From positions 5,946-69,945 of the forward strand of contig CANFEY010000008.1 in NCBI GenBank assembly GCA_947446025.1: a DNA stretch of 64,000 nt, read 5' to 3'. Below are positions 1 to 9,686 of the stretch, piece after piece. This stretch comes from Bryobacterales bacterium (lineage in GTDB: Bacteria; Acidobacteriota; Terriglobia; Bryobacterales; Bryobacteraceae). Position 1 is the stretch's first letter; every line of letters begins with the position of its first letter. Position numbers and translations under genes: made by a program. The notes below the pieces were generated by a model. That model saw only the letters and a list, made by a program, of their open reading frames with translations, had not been told where the DNA came from and ran no database searches.

Positions 1-171
1 TTCAATAACATCTTCAACCGGACGCAGCAGGTGAACCCGGTTTCCGCGAATGCGCTGGCGACGCAAACCACCACGGCGGGCAAAACGTCGGCGGGCTTCG
101 GCTGGATCAATACGGCCAGCGTGGTCAATCCGCCGCGCAACGGCACACTGGTGGTCCGGTTGACTTTCTAA
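1..171 (+). CDS. TonB-dependent receptor, C-terminal fragment (5' end outside window)
   Basis: Frame 1 is open from the window edge to TAA at 169-171. The tail ...NGTLVVRLTF mirrors the C-terminus ...GTIVVRLSF of the 1282-aa receptor at 17700-21548. A terminal aromatic residue is typical of OM beta-barrels. Confidence 0.6.
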   Translation, partial: FNNIFNRTQQVNPVSANALATQTTTAGKTSAGFGWINTASVVNPPRNGTLVVRLTF

Positions 172-172
172 C

Positions 173-676
173 ATGAGGACGATTCTTTTCCTGCTCATCG
201 CAGCCGCCGCATTCGGCGAAGTGGTGGACAAATCCGCCAGCGGGTTCCTGGTGAGGCACTCGGCCAGCGTGACGGCAAAACCGGCGGCGGTGTATGCCGC
301 CATCGCGGAACCCAGCAAATGGTGGGAGGCGGCGCATACATGGTCCGGCGATGCCAAGAACCTTTCGATGACGGCAAAGGTGGGCGGGTGTTTCTGTGAA
401 CGGCTCTCCTCCGGCGGCGAAGTCCAGCACATGTCTGTGATTTACGCGGATCCCGGCAATTTGCTACGGCTTTCCGGAGCGCTGGGACCGATGCAGGAAT
501 CCGGGGTTGTGGGCACGCTCACCTTTGAGTTGAAGCCGTCGGGGGAAGGCACGCACATCACGGTGTCTTACAGTGTGGGCGGCTATTTCCAGGGCGGCTT
601 GCAGGCGCTGGCTGCGCCCGTGGACCAGGTGCTGGCGGCGCAACTTGCCGGACTGGTGAAATTGCTTGCCCGCTAG
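173..676 (+). CDS. SRPBCC (START/AHSA1-like) family protein with signal-like N-terminus
   Basis: 167-aa ORF. Hydrophobic leader MRTILFLLIAAAAFG, followed by overall resemblance to the AHSA1/polyketide-cyclase-like fold family. No catalytic motif is available to check. Confidence 0.65.
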   Translation: MRTILFLLIAAAAFGEVVDKSASGFLVRHSASVTAKPAAVYAAIAEPSKWWEAAHTWSGDAKNLSMTAKVGGCFCERLSSGGEVQHMSVIYADPGNLLRLSGALGPMQESGVVGTLTFELKPSGEGTHITVSYSVGGYFQGGLQALAAPVDQVLAAQLAGLVKLLAR

Positions 677-1161
677 AGTTCGGTGCCTAGCTTGGCGGCG
701 ATCTCCTGTGCGGCCTTACGCACATTAGGAACGCACTCTCGGGTGAAAGAAATCCCGCCGGTCTTGGTGTACAGCGTGAAGACCTCCAGCGGGTAGCCCA
801 GCGGAACAACGGACGGATAGGCGAAGCGTTTTTTCTCGCGCATGATGGAGAGCAGGTGGCTCCAGGGGACGTGGGTCGGGGGGACGTCGGGAAGACCTTT
901 CCATTCGCGCGCGCGTCCGGAGAGCTGGACTTCGATGCCGGAAGCGGTGATCGCGATCCGGTTGGCGGTCATTTCGCGGATCTGCCGGTGCGTCGCGCGC
1001 AGCTGCCATGCGACGGGCGCAATCAGTACCGCCAGCGGCAGAAAGGATAGGGCGCGCTCACCGAACGTGGATGATTCCGCAGCCAGCGCCGACACCAGGC
1101 CGAACAGCAGCAGGGCGAGCACTACCCACAGGATTCCAGCCGCGACGTACAGCAACCGCAT
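673..1161 (-). CDS. hypothetical membrane protein (two N-terminal TM helices)
   Basis: 162-aa ORF with normal composition and two hydrophobic helices (LLYVAAGILWVVLALLLFGLV, LSFLPLAVLIAPVAW). It overlaps the upstream stop by 4 nt. No family recognised. Confidence 0.55.
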   Translation of the reverse strand: MRLLYVAAGILWVVLALLLFGLVSALAAESSTFGERALSFLPLAVLIAPVAWQLRATHRQIREMTANRIAITASGIEVQLSGRAREWKGLPDVPPTHVPWSHLLSIMREKKRFAYPSVVPLGYPLEVFTLYTKTGGISFTRECVPNVRKAAQEIAAKLGTEL

Positions 1162-1180
1162 GGGGACAAGTCTAGCGAAC

Positions 1181-1594
1181 TCACCCCCGCCCGCGCAGCC
1201 GTCCGATTTGCCGGCGGTCGCGTTTGCTGGGGCGGCCCTCGCGGTCGCCTTCCGGGTGCAGCATCAGCTTGCGTTCGGCGGCCACTTTGAGGCGCAGCGC
1301 AATGCTGGCCTCGGTTTCGCGGTACAGCGTCTGGGCTACGGCGGAGGGTCCGCGGATGTCGCTGAGCAGCAGCACTTGCACGGTGAACTCGCCGGCGTCA
1401 TTGCGTATGGTCAACAGGTCGCCGGTGCGGACGGGGCGTGCTGGCTTGGCGTTTTGCTCCAGGACTGAGACGCGTCCCATGTCGCAGGCTCGGGCGGCCA
1501 GTGCCCGGGTCTTGAAGAAGCGCGCGGCCCACAGCCACTTGTCCATCCTGATCGCGTTCATTGCTTCACGCGGAGACATTGGCGACGTTACCAC
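1181..1594 (-). CDS. hslR: ribosome-associated heat shock protein Hsp15 (S4 RNA-binding domain)
   Basis: RMDKWLWAARFFKTRALAARAC... closely parallels the E. coli HslR N-terminus (RLDKWLWAARFYKTRALA), with a basic C-terminal tail. Confidence 0.85.
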   Translation of the reverse strand: MVTSPMSPREAMNAIRMDKWLWAARFFKTRALAARACDMGRVSVLEQNAKPARPVRTGDLLTIRNDAGEFTVQVLLLSDIRGPSAVAQTLYRETEASIALRLKVAAERKLMLHPEGDREGRPSKRDRRQIGRLRGRG

Positions 1595-2055
1595 TCGGAG
1601 TATGAATTGCCTTCAAGGCTCTTGATGTCCGAGCCGCTGCGGACGTCGAAGATGCCGGGCTGTGTCTGATCGACGGACATGACCGAGTCTTCGATCACCG
1701 TGCGCCAGGTGCGGTCACTGCCGGTGATGGGGTCAATTGGGACCGCGCGCAGGTAGCCTTCGCGCACCAGGTCTTCCAGTTGCTGCGGCGCGGCCTTCTT
1801 ATCGAAAGTGTACTCGTCGATCACCGTGCGCAGCGTGAACAGGTTCTGCTTGAGCAGCGTCTCTTTGGTGCGCTGAATCGACTTCACGTAGAACGGCACG
1901 GCCACGGACAGCAGAATCGAGATGATCGCCATGACGATGATCAGCTCAATCAGTGTATAGCCCGCAAGACGGAGCCTGGGTCGCGAAGACGCGACCGGCC
2001 CTTTGCGGGCGAGCGTATAGCCCGAACGTTTACCACTCCGAGTAAGGTGTGCCAT
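1588..2055 (-). CDS. type II secretion/type IV pilus pseudopilin (prepilin-type N-terminal methylation domain)
   Basis: G/YTLIELIIVMAIISILLSVAVP prepilin cleavage-methylation motif. Start placed at ATG 2055, with GAGAGGG 6 nt upstream; the ORF track allows 2088. The protein ends in YSEW, like its neighbour. Confidence 0.8.
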   Translation of the reverse strand: MAHLTRSGKRSGYTLARKGPVASSRPRLRLAGYTLIELIIVMAIISILLSVAVPFYVKSIQRTKETLLKQNLFTLRTVIDEYTFDKKAAPQQLEDLVREGYLRAVPIDPITGSDRTWRTVIEDSVMSVDQTQPGIFDVRSGSDIKSLEGNSYSEW

Positions 2056-2494
2056 CGCGTGCCCTCTCGTAGGATTTGGTGTAGACATCGAATACGTTGT
2101 CGCCGCCCCAGCTCATGCTCTTGGGGTCGTCTTTCATGCTGCGCATGCCCCATTCGGTGGAGTTGGTCATGGGGTCTTTGGGGATGCGGCGCAGGAACTT
2201 GAGCTTGCTACCATCGGTGCGGCCGCTGGCGGTGACGCCTTCGACCAGCATTTCCAGGGTTTCCGGATATCCCTCGGTGCCGACCTTGATTTGGAAGGTG
2301 CCACGCGTGGCTTCGTCTTTATACATGTCGATGGCGTGGCGGATTTCCTTGAGGGCGTAGCGCAGGTCGCGTTCCTTGTCGCGGCGGACTTTGTAGGCGG
2401 TCAGCGGCACCGACATTACGGACAGCAAGGCGAGGATGGTGAAGGCGGCTATAAGCTCGACCAGGGTCATACCGCGCTGCGAACGCCCGCGCAT
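2030..2494 (-). CDS. type II secretion/type IV pilus pseudopilin (prepilin-type N-terminal methylation domain)
   Basis: MRGRSQRG/MTLVELIAAFTILALLSV prepilin leader and hydrophobic helix. It lies directly downstream of the secretin gene (2-nt gap). Confidence 0.8.
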   Translation of the reverse strand: MRGRSQRGMTLVELIAAFTILALLSVMSVPLTAYKVRRDKERDLRYALKEIRHAIDMYKDEATRGTFQIKVGTEGYPETLEMLVEGVTASGRTDGSKLKFLRRIPKDPMTNSTEWGMRSMKDDPKSMSWGGDNVFDVYTKSYERARDGTPYSEW

Positions 2495-2496
2495 GG

Positions 2497-4815
2497 TTAC
2501 TGCACCGCCACCGGCACGGCGCTCAGGGCCACGTTGGAGGCCCGGTTTTGCGTGTCCATCAAGCCTAGTTCGGTTACCGTGATGCGGCCCGAGCCGGGGG
2601 CCAGCGCCACGAAGGTCAGCGAAGCAATGGGACCGGAGCCGTTCACGCCCGCTGATCCAGCCGCGCGCGAGACAGTCAGTGACGCCTGGCCTGCATCGTT
2701 GCGGATGTCCTTGACGGAGGTCACGCGGGAACCATCGCGCGAAAGTAACTCGCCGGGCGCGATATCGTTCAAGCGCACCACAGCCGGGTCCCAGCTGACG
2801 CGCAGAGGCGCCAGTGAGGAGGCGTCGGTCGCGTTTTCCAACTGGATGTTCACGGTGAACGGGGTGTTCGCGGGTACCGAGATCGACGCTGGATTAAACG
2901 TAACCCGAGCTCCGGGACCGGGAGCCGGCGCGGTGGCCGGAGGCTTGGGAGCCGCCGGGGAAGGCCCGGATACAGGGGCGGGAAGGGGTGCAGAACCGCT
3001 GCTGGCGTCCGGTTTCGGAACATCCGGCTTGGGAGCATACGTCAACTTCAACTGTTGGTCGACGCCGGCCGAAATGCCGCGCAGGTTCTCCGGCGAGTAA
3101 TCGGGCGAACGCACAATATGCGGGATCAGCGCGATCATCAGGTCGCCGCGGTCCTTGGTCACCTGCTGATTGCCGAAGAGGATTTTCCCCAGCACCGGCA
3201 TGTCATAGAGTCCAGGGATGCCGCTGCCGGATTGCGAATCCTGCTGCCGCGTAAGTCCAGCCAGGATGTTGACCTCACCTTCGCGCAAGCGGAGGTCGGC
3301 GGTAGATTTGTTCTGTCCGACGATGGGCTGGGAGATGCTGCCCACGTCGATGTAGCTCTTCACGTTCGATACTTCCAGCTCGACGTGCAGCGTGACTTCG
3401 CTGGTGGAGTGGACGGTGGGGGTGATATCCACGATCACGCCGACGGGCTGGAACTGGAAGGTGGTGTTGACGCCAACGCCGCTGGCGCCGGTGACGCCGG
3501 TTTGGAAGCTGCCGCTGGCGATGGGGATGCGGTCGCCGATCTCGAGGCGGGCTTTTTGGCCGTCCGAAGAGCGCAACTGGGGGTTGTTGAGCACCTTCGT
3601 GGTGTTGTCGCTGAGCATCGCCTGCAGCAGCGCACCGGGCAATGAGGTGGTGAAGTCAGAGGTAGAGATGCGACCCAGGTTGGATAGGGGTACAGCACTG
3701 GTGGCTCCCACCGCGCGCGTGATGGCCGCGCGTGGATTGAACACCGCGCCCAGGTTCAGGCCCGTGCTGCCCGCCGCGCTGGCGATGGTGGCCGCCAGAT
3801 CCCGCGTGCGAGCCGAGTTCGCTTCCATAATGATCACGTCCACCACCACTTCGGCCTTGGGCTTGTCCAAATCGCGGATCAGTTTTTCTGCCAGCGCGAC
3901 CGCGTCGGCGTCGCCGCGCACTACTATCGCTTTCTGAGCGACGTAGGGATAGACGCGGCGGATGTCGGTAATGGTTCGCACGGCGGTCTGGATTTCGTTG
4001 AACTCCTGGGCGCTGGCGGCGTTGGTGACGAAGAACGTCTTCACCACGTTGTCGGTATAGTCGCGGCGCTTGTTGGCGCTTTCTTCGGTGACGAAAATCA
4101 CGGTGGGCGTCAGGATCTTCCAATAGGTACGGGTCACAATGCCCAGATACTCAAAGGCCTGCTCCACGCCCATCTCCGGCAGGTCCACGTCGAAGCCGCG
4201 GGTGGGGCGCGTCCAGGTGGAATCCCACACTACGCTCACGCCCGCGATGCCGGCCACGGTGTTGTAGAGAATGTTGATCGGCTGGTTGTTCATCTTCAGC
4301 GGGCCGACTTTTTTCACCGGCGGATTCAACTCCGGCAGTCCCATCAAGGAGGCTGACCGGTCCGCTGATTCTTTGTTCGCGCGCTCGGCAGGCGTCAGGT
4401 TGGCTTGGCCGGGTCCGGCACCGGGCTGGGAGAGCATTTCCTGGGTGCGCTTCAGCTCCTGCATCGCGATGGCAGAAGACGGGTCCATCAAAATGGCGCG
4501 CTGGAACTCGGCGATCGCCTCCGCCATGTTGCCTTCGCCGCGCAGCTTGCGGGCATTGTCCACGCGCTCCATGCCGGCCGAGAACCGGGCGCGGCGCATT
4601 CCGATCAGATATCCGGCGTCCTTGGGGTCCTGATCCACGGCCTGGGTGTAGAGATCGGCGGCCAGGTCGAACTGACCCTTGGCTTCGGCGGCCTGGGCCT
4701 GTTTGAAGAGCTTGTCGCCGTTCTTGGTCTTGGCCAGCGCGGGCACCACCGGCCCGAAGGCCAGGGAAGCCGCCAAAAGGACCGCGAAAAATCCACGTAA
4801 CTGTAGTAGCTTCAT
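2497..4815 (-). CDS. secretin (GspD/PilQ family) with N-terminal TPR region and C-terminal cohesin-like domain
   Basis: 772 aa. It has a signal peptide and TPR-like N-terminus. The secretin core reads [22 protein letters not shown]...[16 protein letters not shown] Pro/Ala linker then leads to a cohesin-like module ([26 protein letters not shown]...). Confidence 0.85.
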   Translation of the reverse strand: MKLLQLRGFFAVLLAASLAFGPVVPALAKTKNGDKLFKQAQAAEAKGQFDLAADLYTQAVDQDPKDAGYLIGMRRARFSAGMERVDNARKLRGEGNMAEAIAEFQRAILMDPSSAIAMQELKRTQEMLSQPGAGPGQANLTPAERANKESADRSASLMGLPELNPPVKKVGPLKMNNQPINILYNTVAGIAGVSVVWDSTWTRPTRGFDVDLPEMGVEQAFEYLGIVTRTYWKILTPTVIFVTEESANKRRDYTDNVVKTFFVTNAASAQEFNEIQTAVRTITDIRRVYPYVAQKAIVVRGDADAVALAEKLIRDLDKPKAEVVVDVIIMEANSARTRDLAATIASAAGSTGLNLGAVFNPRAAITRAVGATSAVPLSNLGRISTSDFTTSLPGALLQAMLSDNTTKVLNNPQLRSSDGQKARLEIGDRIPIASGSFQTGVTGASGVGVNTTFQFQPVGVIVDITPTVHSTSEVTLHVELEVSNVKSYIDVGSISQPIVGQNKSTADLRLREGEVNILAGLTRQQDSQSGSGIPGLYDMPVLGKILFGNQQVTKDRGDLMIALIPHIVRSPDYSPENLRGISAGVDQQLKLTYAPKPDVPKPDASSGSAPLPAPVSGPSPAAPKPPATAPAPGPGARVTFNPASISVPANTPFTVNIQLENATDASSLAPLRVSWDPAVVRLNDIAPGELLSRDGSRVTSVKDIRNDAGQASLTVSRAAGSAGVNGSGPIASLTFVALAPGSGRITVTELGLMDTQNRASNVALSAVPVAVQ

Positions 4816-4899
4816 TGTTTTAGCCGGATCATGCAGGGCGCCATGGTATACTGCCCACGTAGCCCCTCACAAATCATTGACGGGATTCGAGTTGCAAGC

Positions 4900-5376
4900 G
4901 TGGAGAAGAAAAACAGAACCGAGGGCATCAAGATCCTGACCGACAACCGGTCAGCCAGCCACCTCTACGCGCTTTCCGACCGCATGGAGGCCGGCCTGGT
5001 GCTCTCAGGCACCGAGGTCAAATCCGCCCGCGACGGCAAAATCCAGCTCAAGGACGCCTTCGGCGAAGTCATCGGCGGCGAGGCTTGGCTGATGAACGCC
5101 CACATCGGGCAGTACTCTCACGGCAACATCATGAACCATGAGCCGGTGCGGCGCAGGAAACTTCTGCTTCATAAGTCGGAAATCAAGAAGCTTCACGAGA
5201 TCATTCGCGAAAAAGGGCTCACGATAGTACCGACCAAACTCTACCTAAAGCACGGCCTCGTCAAGGTGGAACTCGCTGTCGGCAAAGGCAAAAAGCTGCA
5301 CGACAAGCGCGAATCGGAGCGCAATCGTGAGATGGACAATGAAGCCCGCGCGGCCATGTCCCGGCGTCGGCTCTAG
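4900..5376 (+). CDS. smpB: SsrA-binding protein SmpB
   Basis: ...[39 protein letters not shown]...[11 protein letters not shown] matches the SmpB pattern. The ORF is open from 4831; GTG 4900 gives the usual ~158 aa. Start is uncertain. Confidence 0.9.
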   Translation: MEKKNRTEGIKILTDNRSASHLYALSDRMEAGLVLSGTEVKSARDGKIQLKDAFGEVIGGEAWLMNAHIGQYSHGNIMNHEPVRRRKLLLHKSEIKKLHEIIREKGLTIVPTKLYLKHGLVKVELAVGKGKKLHDKRESERNREMDNEARAAMSRRRL

Positions 5377-5386
5377 CGAATTTCCT

Positions 5387-6235
5387 TTACCGTGCCGGAG
5401 CGAAGCGGACCGTGTTCTCGCTCACGTAGAACGCCGAAAACCAGCGCGTGGGCAGCAACCCGTCGCCCCAGCCCTCGGCAGCGACGCCGTCCAGCAGAAC
5501 GGCGTTGGCGGCGGGCATGGTGGAACCACCCAGCGCGACCATGCGCAGCGTTCCGCGGCGTACCGAACGCTCACCGGCGTGGGTGACCACGCGGCTATCG
5601 CGCTCCACGCCCCAGGCGCGCGGGCAACGGTCACTGCAATCGACGATCAGGTTCGTGGATCCGCTATCTAGCGTTAACTGCCAAACGCGCCCGTCCGGGT
5701 CGAGCGACACCGGGAGCACCACGCGGCCTCTCGATTGCGTCGCGGTGACGGAGTTCGGTAGTTGCAAAGCCAGCTCTGTGGCGCTGCTGCCTATCCACAA
5801 GCGCTTCCGGTCATAGTCGAGCAAGTAAGGGTTTCGGGAAAGGAAACTCTGTCCCAAGACCCCGTCGGCGTTGTGGTCCAGGGCGCGGACCTCGGGCAGA
5901 TCGAGCGCCAGAATGGTCAACCCGGTTTCTTCGGTTCCCGCGATTTCAACTGTATTGTCGGAGGCTCCGGGCACGATTTTTTCACCCGCGAGCGTGGTCA
6001 AGATGACCCTGTGGTCGAATTCCAAGCCCGCGGCCTGGGCGGCTTTCGGGGTCAGCAGGCTGGCACTGGCGCCCGTATCCAGCAGCATATGGAAGGGGCC
6101 ACGGCCGTTGATCGTGATATCCACGAAGGGGAATCCCTGCCGCAGAGTGATTCTCTCGCCTGGGTTGACGCCCAGGACCGGGACCGAAAGCAGCGCCGCC
6201 GCCATCGCCGAACGCACCATCGTGATGAGTTGCAT
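5387..6235 (-). CDS. secreted retropepsin-like aspartic protease, two tandem domains
   Basis: Signal peptide, then LLDTGASASLL (DTGA) with GVLGQSFL. A second module carries LTLDSGSTNLIV (DSGS). Start taken at the MQLITMV... methionine; the ORF is open to 6256. Confidence 0.7.
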   Translation of the reverse strand: MQLITMVRSAMAAALLSVPVLGVNPGERITLRQGFPFVDITINGRGPFHMLLDTGASASLLTPKAAQAAGLEFDHRVILTTLAGEKIVPGASDNTVEIAGTEETGLTILALDLPEVRALDHNADGVLGQSFLSRNPYLLDYDRKRLWIGSSATELALQLPNSVTATQSRGRVVLPVSLDPDGRVWQLTLDSGSTNLIVDCSDRCPRAWGVERDSRVVTHAGERSVRRGTLRMVALGGSTMPAANAVLLDGVAAEGWGDGLLPTRWFSAFYVSENTVRFAPAR

Positions 6236-6389
6236 TCTTCCCTCCGCATCAATCATAAGGGCAAGGTTGCAAAATTACAATAGCATGACAGATTAATAAC
6301 ATCTTTGTTACAGCCATGTAAATGCGCCACTTGCGGGTTCATCTTCGCTATACTTATCGGTGCTAAGCTCATTCCACAGGAGAGAAACA

Positions 6390-7274
6390 ATGTTCCGGAA
6401 AATTCTCGCGATTGCCGCGCCGCTCACCGTTGCGGCATTGATTGTGTCCGCCCAGGCCCCAGCGGGCGGGGGAGGGAAGGGCAAAGCCGCCCCGCCTCCC
6501 ACCATCGTCCAGATCAAGCCAGGCTTGTATGAAATCGAAGGGCTGGGCGGCAACACCTCCGTGCGCGTCAGCAATGAGGGCGTGTTCGTGGCGGACACGA
6601 AGAACATGGGCGAGGAGAATTACCAGCAACTGCTGACGTTGATCAAGTCCGTGACGCCGCAGCCGATCAAGGGCGCCGCCGTCACACACGTTCACCAGGA
6701 TCACAGCGGCAACACCGCCAGCTTTATCCGCGACGGCGTGCCGGTGTGGGCGCATGAGGGCGAAAAGGCGCTGACGGCGACCTATGTCACCAACGGTAAT
6801 AAGGTTGGCGCACCGGACAAGACGTTCGCCAAGGACCAGACGATCACGATGGGCAATGCCAAGATTGAGCTGCACAACTACGGTCCGACGCACACCAGCG
6901 GCGACACGATTGTTTACTTTCCCGACCTGCGCGTGGTGCATGGCGGCGACATGATTGTGAACAACGCTCCGAACTGCGACTTCGCCAACGGCGGCAGCGT
7001 GGTGAACTGGGCCAAGGCGATGGACGAAGTGCTGAAGCTGGATTTCGACACGCTGATCCCCGGTCACGGCGCGGTGATGACGAAGGCTCAGGTTGCCGAG
7101 TACGCGGCGAAGTGGAAGACGTTTGCCGAGCGCGCGCTTGCGGAAGTCCGGAAGGGGACGGCGAAGGAAGCGTTGGTGGCGGCGATCAAGGTGGATGACC
7201 TGGCTCCGTTCGCCACGGCGAGTTACGCGCAGCGGTTGGACGGGTTCTGGGCGGATTTGCAGAAGGCGAAGTAA
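6390..7274 (+). CDS. MBL-fold metallo-hydrolase (secreted)
   Basis: HVHQDHSG (HxHxDH) motif plus downstream H/D ligands. Signal peptide MFRKILAIAAPLTVAALIVSAQA. AGGAGAG lies before ATG 6390. Confidence 0.85.
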   Translation: MFRKILAIAAPLTVAALIVSAQAPAGGGGKGKAAPPPTIVQIKPGLYEIEGLGGNTSVRVSNEGVFVADTKNMGEENYQQLLTLIKSVTPQPIKGAAVTHVHQDHSGNTASFIRDGVPVWAHEGEKALTATYVTNGNKVGAPDKTFAKDQTITMGNAKIELHNYGPTHTSGDTIVYFPDLRVVHGGDMIVNNAPNCDFANGGSVVNWAKAMDEVLKLDFDTLIPGHGAVMTKAQVAEYAAKWKTFAERALAEVRKGTAKEALVAAIKVDDLAPFATASYAQRLDGFWADLQKAK

Positions 7275-7284
7275 CGGAGACAGC

Positions 7285-8706
7285 TTGAACGTAGAAATCG
7301 TAAGTCAAACCTTGGGCCGCGTCGAAACTGACGCGGCCTGTTTGTTAGTGTGTGAAGAAGACGGCGCGCCGGCGGATGTGAACGCCGCGTGGCTGGCGGA
7401 GCTGAAGGCCTCGGGCGAATTTACGGGCAAGTCCGGTGAGCTAGCGATCTCGCATCTGCCGGCTGGATTCGCCGCCAAGCGTCTGGTGCTGGTGGGCGGC
7501 GGCAAGCGTGCGTCGCTCGACCTGCGCAGAGTTGTGGGTGCCACGGTTCGTTCGCTTAAGGCGAAGGGCGTGAAGACGCTCGCGTGGGTGCTGGGGGACG
7601 GCGATGCGGCCGCGGCTGCTGAAGGCGCGGTGCTGGGTAACTTTGAGTGCGATCAACACAAGTCCAGCAAGGATTCCAAGTCTCTCGACACCTTTGCGCT
7701 GCTGGCCACCGAAGCTGCGCGCGATGCCGTCACACGAGGCGTGATTCTGGCTGAGTCGCAAAACTTCACGCGTGAGTTGGTGAACGAGCCCGCGAACATT
7801 CTCACTCCCGGGGTCCTTGCGCAGCGCGCGCAGGCGATGGCGGCGGAGTCGGGCCTGGAATGCGAGATTCTGGATCAAGACCGCATGAAGCAGTTGGGCA
7901 TGGGCTCGCTGCTGGGCGTCGCTATGGGTAGCTCCGAGCCACCGTATCTCATCATCGTCCGCTACACGCCGGCTTCGGCGAAGTCGGCCGATCACCTGGG
8001 CCTGGTCGGCAAAGGCGTGACGTTCGACACTGGCGGCGTTTCCATCAAGCCAGCCGAAGGCATGGAGAAGATGAAGTACGACATGGCCGGTGGTGCCGCG
8101 GTGCTGGGAGCCATGCGGGCTATCGCGCGGTTGAAGCCGTCCATCGCGGTGACTGCGTTGGTGCCTGCTGTGGAGAACCACATCAACGGTCGCGCGCAAC
8201 GTCCGGGTGATATTGTGACTTCGTTTTCGGGGAAGACGATTGAAGTTCTCAACACGGACGCCGAAGGCCGCCTCATTCTGAACGACGCGATCACCTACGC
8301 GCAACGCCTGGGCTGCACGCACCTGGTCGACGCCGCGACGCTCACCGGAGCCATCGTTGTTGCACTGGGACACGTCAACATCGGAGCCTTCACCAACAAC
8401 GACGCCATGATGGCGCGCGTGTCGGCGGCATCCAAGCTCGAAGGCGAAAAGATGTGGCAGATGCCGCTTGACGACGAATATCGGGAACTACTGAAGAGCC
8501 CGTTCGCGGATTTGGCGAACATCGGCGGGCGCTGGGGTGGGTCTATATCCGCAGCTTGGTTCCTGCGCGAGTTCGCGGGCGAGACTCCGTGGGTCCACCT
8601 GGATATCGCGGGCACGGCGTGGCTCGATGAGGCGAAGCCGTACATGGCGAAGGGGCCGTCGGGTGTGGCGGTGCGCACGTTCGCTCGGCTGGCGATGGAC
8701 TGGTAG
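7285..8706 (+). CDS. pepA: leucyl aminopeptidase (M17)
   Basis: VLNTDAEGRLILNDAITYA and GKGVTFDTGGVSIKP M17 signatures. The ORF is open from 7093, but that part is Arg-rich and overlaps the MBL gene. TTG 7285 follows GGAGA. Confidence 0.9.
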   Translation: MNVEIVSQTLGRVETDAACLLVCEEDGAPADVNAAWLAELKASGEFTGKSGELAISHLPAGFAAKRLVLVGGGKRASLDLRRVVGATVRSLKAKGVKTLAWVLGDGDAAAAAEGAVLGNFECDQHKSSKDSKSLDTFALLATEAARDAVTRGVILAESQNFTRELVNEPANILTPGVLAQRAQAMAAESGLECEILDQDRMKQLGMGSLLGVAMGSSEPPYLIIVRYTPASAKSADHLGLVGKGVTFDTGGVSIKPAEGMEKMKYDMAGGAAVLGAMRAIARLKPSIAVTALVPAVENHINGRAQRPGDIVTSFSGKTIEVLNTDAEGRLILNDAITYAQRLGCTHLVDAATLTGAIVVALGHVNIGAFTNNDAMMARVSAASKLEGEKMWQMPLDDEYRELLKSPFADLANIGGRWGGSISAAWFLREFAGETPWVHLDIAGTAWLDEAKPYMAKGPSGVAVRTFARLAMDW

Positions 8707-8712
8707 GGTGCG

Positions 8713-9309
8713 ATGGGCAAGAACCGCCTCGAAGCGTTCAGTGACGGCGTCCTCGCGATCTTGATTACCATCATGGTGCTGGAACTGAAAGCTCCCAAGG
8801 GGGCGGCGTTAGAGGAACTGCGTTCGCTGCTGCCCGTCTTTTTGAGTTACGTGCTGAGCTTCGCGTATCTGGGCGTGTACTGGAACAACCACCATCATTT
8901 ACTCCACGCGACCAAGCAAATCAGTGCGGGCATCCTGTGGGCCAACTTGTACCTGCTGTTTTGGTTGTCGCTGCTGCCGTTCGCCACCGCGTGGATGGGA
9001 ACCAGTTGGGACAATTCGTCGCCCGCGCCGACGGCGGTCTATGGTTTCGTTCTGCTCATGTCGGCGATCGCCTATTACATTCTGCAGCAGCGGATTCTCG
9101 CGGGGCATGGACCAGAGTCGCCTTTTGCCGCCGAGTTCGGACGCGATTGGAAGGGCAAGCTCTCGCCGTTGCTGTACGTCGCGGCGATCCCGCTGGCCTT
9201 GGTCCACCCGTGGATCTCGAACGCGATTTACGCGGCCGTCGCGCTGATTTGGATCGTACCGGACCGCCGGATTGAGCGCGCGCTTCAGCCGGGGAACGTC
9301 CGCAAGTAA
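8713..9309 (+). CDS. TMEM175/DUF1211 family membrane protein (putative K+ channel family)
   Basis: N-terminal RLEAFSDGVLAILITIMVLEL signature and about 6 TM helices. Confidence 0.8.
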   Translation: MGKNRLEAFSDGVLAILITIMVLELKAPKGAALEELRSLLPVFLSYVLSFAYLGVYWNNHHHLLHATKQISAGILWANLYLLFWLSLLPFATAWMGTSWDNSSPAPTAVYGFVLLMSAIAYYILQQRILAGHGPESPFAAEFGRDWKGKLSPLLYVAAIPLALVHPWISNAIYAAVALIWIVPDRRIERALQPGNVRK

Positions 9310-9686
9310 GCGCGGATTTCGTCCCGCACGCGGCGGAAGAGAGCGAGCCGCTCCTGCTCGCTGGCGTGCAACGCGGCGGGGTCTTCGAAGCTGTGGTGGA
9401 TGGTGCGCGTTCCAGCGGGGAAGACCGGGCAGGCTTCGCGGGCGTTGTCGCATACGGTGAGCACGTAGTCGAAATGTTGCCCCGCGAACTCGTCGACGTG
9501 TTTGGACCGGTGTCTGGTGATGTCGATGCCGAGCTCGGCCATCACGGTGATGGCTTCGGGGCGGACGTGGCCGGGTTTGGTGCCGGCGCTGTGGACTTCA
9601 AAGCGGTCGCCTGCGTCGTGGCACAGAAGGCCTTCGGCCATCTGGCTGCGCGCGGAGTTGCCCGTGCAAAGAATCAAGACTCTCAT
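9285..9686 (-). CDS. arsC: arsenate reductase, LMW-PTPase (thioredoxin-coupled) type
   Basis: VLILCTGNSARSQMAEG P-loop (CX5R). The ATG overlaps the stop of the upstream channel gene (ATGA). The ORF track allows a start at 9695. Confidence 0.85.
   Translation of the reverse strand: MRVLILCTGNSARSQMAEGLLCHDAGDRFEVHSAGTKPGHVRPEAITVMAELGIDITRHRSKHVDEFAGQHFDYVLTVCDNAREACPVFPAGTRTIHHSFEDPAALHASEQERLALFRRVRDEIRAYLRTFPG

Noticed and set aside
7093-7284. N-terminal 64 codons of the long pepA ORF
   Set aside because: The Arg/Trp-rich segment overlaps the 3' end of the MBL gene. TTG 7285 with GGAGA upstream gives a normal M17 N-terminus.
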